Below are positions 25,799-34,500 of a DNA stretch of 38,216 nt, piece by piece (the first letter of the stretch is position 1; each line of letters opens with the position of its first letter). This DNA is from Pedosphaera sp. (GTDB lineage: Bacteria > Verrucomicrobiota > Verrucomicrobiia > Limisphaerales > SXTU01), in contig SIBB01000001.1 of the NCBI GenBank assembly GCA_009695395.1, positions 1-38,216 on the forward strand, written 5' to 3'. The notes beneath the pieces are model-generated. The model searched no databases and had not been told where the DNA came from. It worked only from the letters and a program-made list of their open reading frames with translations. A program made the position numbers and the translations under genes.

Positions 25799-27796
25799 AT
25801 GCCTCCCAAAACACCAGCCCTTGCCTCCCGATCGATCCAGTGGCTGCACCCTTTCCCGGTCCTTCCCCGGCTCAATCTCTTTCTGCTCGCCGCCATGCTG
25901 GCTGGCTGCGCCCTTTCCTCCGCTGCATCTGCGCCTGCTCCCGTGGGAACCGGGCGCATGCTCCAGCAACTCGAATCCGACGATTGGATCCTCCAGGCCG
26001 AGGCCCTGCACTACTTTGGGAAATACCGCGTCATGGACGGGGTCCGGGCCACCCGCGCCCTGCTGGCCAATGAAAAGGCCGCCCCGTGGATCCGCGGACG
26101 CGCCCTCGTGACCCTTTGCGCGCTCGAAAACAAAGTGGTCCCCGCCGAGTTCCAAAAATGGATGGAGCACGCCCGGCCGGAACTTCGGGCCGCCGCCGCT
26201 GAAGTGCTGGAAGTCGGGGGCGGCGACCAGGCCGCCGCATGGCTGCAAACCCTCCTCAAGGACAAGGACGACACCGTCCGCTACCAGGCCGCCGCGGCGC
26301 TCGCCCGGCGCTCGAAAGAAGCCGCGTGGGCGGTGGTGGATCCGCTCACCGCCGATGGGACCGCCGCCCCGGCCCGTCTCGTGGCCCGCACGCTCGCGTG
26401 GACCGGCACCGATGCGGCCCTCCAGCGCCTCGGGGCACTCATGGCCAAACCCGATCAGCTTTCGAAATGCCTCCAGGGCATTCGCGACATCCCATCGCCC
26501 AAACTCGTCCCGCTCATCCTCGCGGCCCGCACCGCCCTCCCGGAGGGTGAGGAGCGGCTGCACGGACTCATCCTCTCCGACCTCCAGACTCGCGACAAAA
26601 AGGATTTGGTCACCGGGCTGGGCAAATTCATGGAGGCGGGCGGCGACCAGAACATTCGCACGGCGGCGCGGATCATCACTCTGCTCGTGCCGGCACCCGA
26701 ATTGGGCGTGGTGCTGCGCACCGCCCTGACGAAGGCCACGGACACCGGAACCATCGAAGCGGGAATGATCGCCCTCGGAATCCCCGCCATCGAGCCGGTG
26801 CGGCACATCGAGTATTTCACCCAGCAACTCGGGCACGCCGATCCGTCCATCCGCGCCCTGGCCATCCGTTGCCTCGCGCACTGCGAGGGCGCGAATCTTT
26901 TCGAAATTCTCAAGCCCAAGATGGCCGATGAAAATGTTTCGGTCGTCGCTGCTGCGCTCGGGGCCCTTTTGCGCAGCCCGGCGGCGAACGCGCCGCGCGG
27001 GACGCTCGTCACCTACCTCAAGGCACCGCTCAGCAGCGCCGACAACAACGTCCGCACTCTCGCGAACGACGTGCTCGCCCATGCCGGGAGTGCCGAGGAC
27101 TACAAGCCGGCCCTGGCCACCCTCGCCAGCCTGCTCCGCGGAAAAGACGATGATCTGCGCGTTTCCGCCGCCAAGGCCCTGGGACAACTGGCCCCGGCCG
27201 GGGAGGTCGGGGACCTGGTTTCGATGCAGGGCTACCTGGCCAAATGGACGATCATTGGCACCTTCCTCAACGACGATAAGAACAGCGGATTTCAGGAGGT
27301 TTTTCCGCCGGAGAAGGCCATTGATTTCCAGGCAAAATATAAGGCCAAGTTCGTGTGGGCTGGCGTGCAGGGGGGCGTGGAGGGAAGCGACAACAAGCCC
27401 ATTGAGCGCGAGGTCGAGTGGTCCAAAGTGATCGTGGATCAGGCCGATGGCCGCCTGCTCATGGCCGCGAATCTTCCTCCGCCCGGCTCGCTGTCCATCG
27501 GCTATGCGGTCTCGGATGTGACCGTGGACAAAGCGTGCGAGGTCATCCTCACCATCGATGGCGACGACGGTTTCCGGGTCCGGCTCAACGGCGCGGTGAT
27601 CGGCGAGCAAATGGCCGTGCCCGATCCCAAGACCAGGGTCGCCGTGGCCACCTTGCCCGGCGTGAAGGTGCAGCTGAAGCAGGGCTCCAACCGCTTCTTC
27701 GTCAAATCCTGCAACATCACCGGCTCATGGTGGGTGCGCATCCGGGTCGCGGATGCCGAAGGGAACCCCGTGGACTTTCGGGCCCCCAAGCCATGA
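25799..27796 (+). CDS. HEAT-repeat lipoprotein with C-terminal jelly-roll (galactose-binding-like) domain
   Basis: Lipobox-like LLAAMLAG/C near the N-terminus. Multiple HEAT/PBS-lyase-type repeats: DKDDTVRYQAAAALAR, HADPSIRALAIRCLAH, DENVSVVAAALGALL, SADNNVRTLANDVLAH, GKDDDLRVSAAKALGQL. The C-terminal ~190 aa read WTIIGTF...IGYAVSDVTVDKACEVILTIDGDDGFRVRLNGAVIG...LKQGSNRFFVKSCNITGSWWVRIRVADAEGNPV. The stop overlaps the next ATG (ATGA). Confidence 0.75.
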   Translation: MPPKTPALASRSIQWLHPFPVLPRLNLFLLAAMLAGCALSSAASAPAPVGTGRMLQQLESDDWILQAEALHYFGKYRVMDGVRATRALLANEKAAPWIRGRALVTLCALENKVVPAEFQKWMEHARPELRAAAAEVLEVGGGDQAAAWLQTLLKDKDDTVRYQAAAALARRSKEAAWAVVDPLTADGTAAPARLVARTLAWTGTDAALQRLGALMAKPDQLSKCLQGIRDIPSPKLVPLILAARTALPEGEERLHGLILSDLQTRDKKDLVTGLGKFMEAGGDQNIRTAARIITLLVPAPELGVVLRTALTKATDTGTIEAGMIALGIPAIEPVRHIEYFTQQLGHADPSIRALAIRCLAHCEGANLFEILKPKMADENVSVVAAALGALLRSPAANAPRGTLVTYLKAPLSSADNNVRTLANDVLAHAGSAEDYKPALATLASLLRGKDDDLRVSAAKALGQLAPAGEVGDLVSMQGYLAKWTIIGTFLNDDKNSGFQEVFPPEKAIDFQAKYKAKFVWAGVQGGVEGSDNKPIEREVEWSKVIVDQADGRLLMAANLPPPGSLSIGYAVSDVTVDKACEVILTIDGDDGFRVRLNGAVIGEQMAVPDPKTRVAVATLPGVKVQLKQGSNRFFVKSCNITGSWWVRIRVADAEGNPVDFRAPKP

Positions 27797-30700
27797 GCGC
27801 GCGGGGTCACATACTAATACTTCTCTCCGTTTTGCCATGGACGCTCGCCGCCCTGGCGGAGCCGCCCCCCAAGGACCCGCGGTGGGAGCAGGCGCAGAAG
27901 GCTTACAACGAAGGTTTCTCCGACGAAGGGCACCGGCTCCTCAAAGCCCTCATCGCCGACCACCCCGGCGATGTCGATCTGGCCGCGGCCTGCTACGAGA
28001 AGATTTTTGACCGAGAATATCGGATCCTGCCAAAACATGTGGCGATCAAAATTCTGGGCGAGCCCATGCACAGTCCCTGGCACGCCACCGCCCACTACAC
28101 GGGGGTCAACTCCAATATGCAGATCCCGCCCGCCGTGGCGCGCATGATGGCGCTCGAGCGGCTCGGCGGGCTTTCCGCCCATACCGCCCTTCTCCGGACT
28201 GCCTGCGGCGCCTCGGTCGAGGGCGGCCTCAACCGGCGCGCCTATATCGAACTGGAGGAGATGCTCTCCCGCATGCAGCGCGAAAACCCTCTCGACCCGT
28301 TCTGGCGGATGATGACTGCATACGCTTTCCAGCGCATGCAGCGCCCCGAGGCCGGGAAACTCGTCGTGGAACTCCGGCGGGATGTCGATCTCGACCATCC
28401 TGACCCCGGAGTGCGCAGTGACTGGATGGTGGCTGCCAGGATGTTCGAAGAGGGCTTCCCAGCAGGCGCCAATGTGAGGGCTGCCGTGCCGGAAGGAAGT
28501 CCGCTCCTTCTGCTGGCACCTGTCAATCCCGCCGATCCCGCCGACCCGTGGCGCATGATCGTGGATCGCTCCCCAAAAGATATTCCCGGCGAGGTGGACC
28601 GACTCATTGCGCTCGCTTCCGGTACCAGGGATTTACTGACGTGGGTGGATACGGAGGGCGGTGGAATTCATCCCACCCGCGCTCTCGATCTCCATCTGCT
28701 CAGCAAACCCTCCCCCGAACTCGACCCCCTGCGCAAGGCGCAGGAAAAGGTGTTCTCCCCCGAAGCCCAGGCCGCCATCCGCACCGAGGCGGACATCCTC
28801 AGAGTGAGCCGACGCTACGCCTGGGCGCGCCCCGCCCAGGTGCTCCAGATGAGAATCGCGAATGAGGCACTCTGGGACGGCCGCTTCGATTCTGCATGGC
28901 GCAGCTTTCAGGAAGTGTTCCTCCACACCTCTGACCCCGCGCTCCGCGAAGCCGCCCAAGTCGGCATCTGGACCGCCTTGGGCCTCTCCGGCGGCGCAGC
29001 GGAAGTGCTCGCACAACCCGCCGCCTTCGAACCCGCCAAGACCTACCCGTGGATGGGGCGCCTGATCAAGGGCTCCGAAATTCGCGCCGCCCTCCAGGCC
29101 ATGGTCCGACCCGCGCCGCCGGTCGTCGCTCCGTCGCTCCAGGATGTCCGCCCGCATCTCCTGAACCTCCCGCCGGTTGCTCCGTGGGTGATGAATACCC
29201 ACGCGGGCGGGGACTTTTCCATCGATCTCCAGGTGGCCGGCAATAAAGTTCTGGCCAGCGGGCGCAACCTCATCGCCGCCTACGACGCCGCAAAACCCGG
29301 CGCCCCGCTGTGGGCTCACGTGCAACAGTTCAGCAGCCCGCCCCATAATAATCGATCACCCTACCCCGGCTACTTCCGCGGACTAATCGAGGACGGGACA
29401 CTTTTTACCCGCTGGGGCAGGTCCGAACTGCCGAGTGGTCTGACCGCTTTTAGCCTCGCCACCGGTGATCCGCTGTGGACGGCGTTCGACGCGATACCCA
29501 AGGGGTTCAGCGGGGAAAATCTGCGGCAACAAAACCTCGTCCCAACCTGCGATCCGGTCCGGGCCGACGGCAGACTGTTCTACATGCACAGGTGCACCAT
29601 CGTCGACGCGGCAGACGGAGGCCGACCCAACTTAAGCCTCGTTTGCTTCGACCCCGGCGCCGCTCGGCCTCGTTGGGCGGCCCCGATTTTTGAGCCCACC
29701 CAAGCGGAACGCCCGCACTTCGACCGCAACTACACATACGCCTACGGCAACGCCGTCACCGTCCACCGTGGAGCCGTTTACAGTTGCACCGGCATCGGGT
29801 ATCTCATCCGCTCCGACGTGCGCGACGGCCGCGTCGAATGGACCCACAAGTATGCCGTGCGCGGTGGCGGAAGCGAGAGTCTCGGCAGCGCCCCCATCAT
29901 TGCCGGCAGCAACGTCATCTTCCTGCCCCGAAATGGGGAACGCGTCATCGCCCTCGACCAGCGCACGGGCTTTCTCGCATGGGAGAATCTCATGATTCGC
30001 GCCTTCGAAGTGCTCGGCCTCTGGCAGGACACCCTCGTGGTGCGCGGGCCCAACCACCTCGCGGGGATCGATGTCGCCACCGGGAACGCCCGCTGGATTC
30101 GGAACCTGACCCAGCGCGCCCTCACCCGCGGCCAGCTCATCGCCGATTCCGTTTACCTCGGGCAGCTCGACGCCCTGCAGCGGTTCGACGCCCGCACCGG
30201 CGAGCTGCTCGAAAGCCGGCCCTGGGCGCTCCAGCCCGAGCGCGCCCTCAGTTTCAACATTTCCGGCCAGGACCTTTACATCGCCACGGACCGGCCCGCC
30301 GCCGACCCCCACCAAAAAGTGAGCCAGCCTCCCGGCCCGGAAGTGGCCTCGTCCACGCAGCCGCTCAAGCTGCCTCTCAAACCCGCGTGGTCGCTCATGC
30401 GCCCGGGTGCCTCCCTCCTGCTCCCGCCCGCCGGAGTCAACCCCGGCACGGCCATTCTCCTGGGCGACGGCATGCTCGAGTGCCTCGAAGTCAGCGAACG
30501 CGGTGGCATCCGCTGGCGCCGCTTCCTTGATCTCAAGATCAACCAGCTCGTCATCCGCTACATCGGCAAGAGCGGAGAGATCCTCATGCTCATGGAACAG
30601 GGCGAGTCCCCCGAGAATCCCCCCCGGGCCCTCGCCCTCGACACCAAGACCGGCGCGACTCTCTGGGACACGACCGTCCCTCCCTGGCGCGACCCACCAC

Positions 30701-31563
30701 CCTCGTTTTGTGGCTCCCTGCTGATCTTCGCCAGCCACGCCCACCACTTGGGCGGCGGGGCGACCGCCATCGACCTCACCACGGGCAAACAACTTTGGCG
30801 GCGCTACCTTCGCAGCCCCGCCCCTCCGGTAGCCAAAGGGGACGAATCTCGTTTACTGCTTCTCGGCGGCCTCTGGATGCCGAAACCCGCCCGCGTGACC
30901 CTCAACGCGCAGACCGGCCAGACCATCGCGGACTCCCCGGAAAAATCCGCATTGCTACCCATGCTTTACACGGTCCACGGCAGAAATGGCCCCAGCGTTT
31001 ATCTCATCCCTCCGGTGGGAGACCCAACGGTCTTCCAGCCACAGGCCGTCATTGTGGACCACATCCCCGGGACTGGCGCTCCCTACTACCTGATCCGGCC
31101 CCGCGACGGTACTGACAAGATCCCCGAGGGCGTCTATCGCGCCGACGACCCATCCTACTTCTGCAGACTCCCGAGCGCTGACGTCCTGTTCGATGGCGAC
31201 TACGCCATCACCATCCATGGCAAATTCGCGGTCACTGACCTCAAAGCCAAACGCCTCTTGCCGCTCCCTGCGACGGACGAAAAGGCGGCCATCAACCGAC
31301 CGGGACTTCTCTGCCGCATCGGCCCCGATCGTTTGCTCAAACTCGTTGACCATGGCAGCGCTAAGAATGTCGTCTTCCTCATTGATCTTGCGAGCGGGGC
31401 CGTGACCGAGGGGAAACTCGAATTGCCGAGTCAGGACGGCCCCATTAACCTGTCGAACTACACCAACCTCACCCCTCAAAACCGGCCGTTTCTTCCGACC
31501 TTCGACCGCGTTTTCCTGACCTACGACACCACCACCATTACCGCTTGGATCGCGGCTCCCTAG
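27793..31563 (+). CDS. Giant secreted protein, paralog 1 (1256 aa): helical N-terminal region plus PQQ/BamB-like beta-propeller repeats plus unassigned C-terminal module
   Basis: The track ORF opens at 27418. I place the start at the ATG at 27793 (MSARGHILILLSVLPWTLAALAEPP, a signal peptide), which forms an ATGA overlap with the HEAT gene stop. Recurrent D/A-x-x-T-G-x-x-x-W propeller motifs: LATGDPLWT, RDGRVEWTHKY, QRTGFLAWEN, VATGNARWIRN, ARTGELLESRPW, TKTGATLWDT, LTTGKQLWRR. Confidence 0.8.
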   Translation: MSARGHILILLSVLPWTLAALAEPPPKDPRWEQAQKAYNEGFSDEGHRLLKALIADHPGDVDLAAACYEKIFDREYRILPKHVAIKILGEPMHSPWHATAHYTGVNSNMQIPPAVARMMALERLGGLSAHTALLRTACGASVEGGLNRRAYIELEEMLSRMQRENPLDPFWRMMTAYAFQRMQRPEAGKLVVELRRDVDLDHPDPGVRSDWMVAARMFEEGFPAGANVRAAVPEGSPLLLLAPVNPADPADPWRMIVDRSPKDIPGEVDRLIALASGTRDLLTWVDTEGGGIHPTRALDLHLLSKPSPELDPLRKAQEKVFSPEAQAAIRTEADILRVSRRYAWARPAQVLQMRIANEALWDGRFDSAWRSFQEVFLHTSDPALREAAQVGIWTALGLSGGAAEVLAQPAAFEPAKTYPWMGRLIKGSEIRAALQAMVRPAPPVVAPSLQDVRPHLLNLPPVAPWVMNTHAGGDFSIDLQVAGNKVLASGRNLIAAYDAAKPGAPLWAHVQQFSSPPHNNRSPYPGYFRGLIEDGTLFTRWGRSELPSGLTAFSLATGDPLWTAFDAIPKGFSGENLRQQNLVPTCDPVRADGRLFYMHRCTIVDAADGGRPNLSLVCFDPGAARPRWAAPIFEPTQAERPHFDRNYTYAYGNAVTVHRGAVYSCTGIGYLIRSDVRDGRVEWTHKYAVRGGGSESLGSAPIIAGSNVIFLPRNGERVIALDQRTGFLAWENLMIRAFEVLGLWQDTLVVRGPNHLAGIDVATGNARWIRNLTQRALTRGQLIADSVYLGQLDALQRFDARTGELLESRPWALQPERALSFNISGQDLYIATDRPAADPHQKVSQPPGPEVASSTQPLKLPLKPAWSLMRPGASLLLPPAGVNPGTAILLGDGMLECLEVSERGGIRWRRFLDLKINQLVIRYIGKSGEILMLMEQGESPENPPRALALDTKTGATLWDTTVPPWRDPPPSFCGSLLIFASHAHHLGGGATAIDLTTGKQLWRRYLRSPAPPVAKGDESRLLLLGGLWMPKPARVTLNAQTGQTIADSPEKSALLPMLYTVHGRNGPSVYLIPPVGDPTVFQPQAVIVDHIPGTGAPYYLIRPRDGTDKIPEGVYRADDPSYFCRLPSADVLFDGDYAITIHGKFAVTDLKAKRLLPLPATDEKAAINRPGLLCRIGPDRLLKLVDHGSAKNVVFLIDLASGAVTEGKLELPSQDGPINLSNYTNLTPQNRPFLPTFDRVFLTYDTTTITAWIAAP

Positions 31564-31567
31564 CAGC

Positions 31568-34500
31568 ATGAAACGTCCGATCCTGATTCTCACCGCCCTT
31601 TTCCTCGGAGCGCTCGTTGCGCCTGCGGCCGCACCCGCCGACGACCCTCGCTGGGCAGACGCGCTCAAGGCTTACTCGCAAGGCCTCCGTGAAGTGGGGC
31701 ACCGCCTCCTCTCCGCCCTTGCCGCGGAGCATCCCGGCGATCTCGACCTGGCCGCGGCGTGCTACGAGCGAATTCTCAAGAACGTAAGCCTCCCCTCCCC
31801 GAAAGCTCCGACGGTCACCGACAACCCCTGGATCACCCTCGCCACGGAACGGCTCCTCGCCCTCGAACGCCTCGGCGCCCACTCTGCGAATACAGATCTC
31901 ATCCGTTCCGCCGCCTCCGTCGAGAGTCGGCTCGCTGTCGCCAGAAGCCATTTCCTTGACGCGTTCGAGACGATCACCCGCCTGCGCGCCGAAAATCCTC
32001 ACGACCTTTTCTGGCGCATGACAGAGGTCCGCATCCTCCGCAGCATGGGGCTGCCGGAAGCCGACGCACGCATCGCGGAACTAAAGCAGGACTACGATCC
32101 CGACCATTCCGACCCCGGCAAGCGCGCCGAGTGGGAATGGATCGCCACGGAAATAAATCCTTCCGGCAATCCTCCCTTGGAGGCCCGTCCGGCGTGGGCC
32201 CGGCAGCAAGTGCGCGTGCCCGACCCCGTCCCCGTCCCTCCGGAGGGTAGCCCAGTCAGCCTGCTCGCCCCCGAAGATCCCGATGACCGCTGGCGCGTCA
32301 TCAATAATCCCTCCCCAAAAGGAGGCGTCGGTGCATTGGATCGCCTCCTCGGTTACACCTACGCCGCCGCCGAGGGCGTGCCGTGGCGGGCCGGCCGCGG
32401 TTTGCTCGATTCCAGCCGCGCGCTCGACCTGCACCTGCTCAGTAAACCCGCTCCCGAACTCGAAGCCCTGCGCCAGGAGCAGGAAGCGCAATTCGCCCGC
32501 CATGCGCAGGCTGCCGGCCGCACCGGGGCGGGCATCCTCGCGGCGAGCCGCCGCTATGCCTGGTCGCGATCGGCGCAGACGCTCCTGATAAAGTTCGCCA
32601 GCGAGGCGCTCTGGGACGGGCGCTTCGAATCCGCGGGGCGCAGCTTTCACGACGTGCTCCTTCACGCCTCTGACCCCGCGCTCCGCGAGGCCGCCCAGAC
32701 CGGCATCTGGACCGCCCTGGCTCTCTCCGGAGGGGCGGCGGAAGTGCTCGCGCAACCCGCCGCCTTCGAGCCCGGCAAGACCTACCCGTGGATGGGACGC
32801 CTGACCAAAGGCTCGGAAATTCGCGCCGCGCTTCAGGCCACACTCAGGCCCGCGCCGCCGGTTGTCGCGCCTTCTCTTCAGACCCTGCGCCCGCATGTCC
32901 TGAACCTCCCGCCGGTGGCTCCATGGCCATCGGGTGAATCCTCGGGGGGCTTCGGCGTCGATCTCCAAGTGGCCGGCAACAGAGTCGTGGCCAGCGCGCG
33001 CAACGTCGTCGCCGTCTACGACGCCGCCAAACCCGGCGCCCCGCTGTGGGCTCACGTGCAGCACCGCTCCGCCGCCCCTCCTCAGCACCACTGGCCCGGC
33101 TACTACCGCGGCCTCATTGAGGACGGCACGATTTTCTCACGCTGGAGCGTGACCGAACTGCCCAGCGGGCTGGCCGCCTTTGACCTCGCCAGCGGCGATC
33201 CGCTTTGGACTGCCCTGAGTGAAAATCCCTGGAACGATCGCGGGGGACCGCGGCCCAAGCGTTCCAGCGATGGAAAAAAGCAGCCGCTGCGTTTCTCGGT
33301 GCCCATGGGCGACCCGGTTCGGGCCGATGGCCACCTCTATTACCTGCAATGGGACTCCGCGCATGACCTCCACTCCAAACAAGGCACGCACCTGAACCTC
33401 GTCTGTTTCGACCCCAGCACCGGTCAGCCCCGCTGGACGGCTTCTCTCACCGATCACCGATTTGTGGGAGATTTCCGCAGTCCCACAACCGCCATCTACG
33501 GCAACTCCGTCACGGTCCATCGCGGAGCGGTTTACAGTTGCAACAACTCCGGCCAGATCTTCCGCTCCGACGTGCGCGACGGCCGAATCGAATGGGCTCA
33601 TAACTATCGCCACCACCCCACCAGCGCCGAGTTTCTCGGCAGCGCCCCCATCATCGCCGGCAGCAGTGTGATCTTCCTGCCCCGCGATTCGGGAGTCGCC
33701 GTCGCTCTTGATCAGCGCACCGGCTTTCTCGTCTGGGAAAATCCCTTCATCCGCGGCGCCGAGGCGCTCGGCATCTGGCAGGACACCCTCGTGGTGCGCG
33801 GTGTCGCCACTCTCGCCGGGCTCGATCTCGCCACCGGCAAGACCCGCTGGTCCCGGAATCTGACCGGGCGCACCCTCGACCGCTCCCAACTCATCGCGGA
33901 CTCCATCTACCTCGGCGGGGCCGACGCCCTCGTGCGGCTCGACGCCCGCACCGGCGAGTCGCTCGAAAGCCGCCCCTGGGCGCTCCAGTCCGAACGCGCC
34001 CTCACTTTCACCATCTCCGGCCAGGATCTTTACATCGTAACGGACCGGCCCACCGACGACCCTCGCCAAAAAGTGGGCCAACCCCTCGGCCCCGAGTTGG
34101 CCTCGTCCGCCGCCCCGCTCAAGCTGCCCATGCAGCGCGCCTGGTCGCTCTCGCGTCCCGATGCCACTGTCGCGCTCCCGCCCCCCGGCGTCAGCCCCGG
34201 CAGCGCCTACGTCATCAGCGACGGCCTCATCGAGTGCCTCGATGTGAGCCAGCGCGGCACCATCCGCTGGCGGCGCTTCCTCAATGCCAGCAGCCCCACT
34301 TTGCACTTCGTCGGCGACACGCTCCTCCTGCGGGAAAAGGAAGTCCCCCACCTCCCGTTTGGCCGCGTCCTGGCCATCGACTCCAAGACCGGAGTGACGC
34401 TCTGGGAAGCGCCCGTGCCCGTCAACCACCAGCACGTCTTCCACTTCGGCACCCGCATCCTTTTTCACGACGGACGCGAAAAACTCGTCGCCCTCGACCT

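Noticed and set aside
27418-27792. 125-codon upstream extension of the paralog 1 reading frame, overlapping the 3' end of the HEAT gene in another frame (possible overprinted coding).
   Set aside because: The extension translates to Arg/Gly-rich low-complexity sequence (MVQSDRGSGRWPPAHGRESSSARL...). A signal peptide begins exactly at the ATG at 27793, which forms an ATGA junction with the HEAT gene stop.
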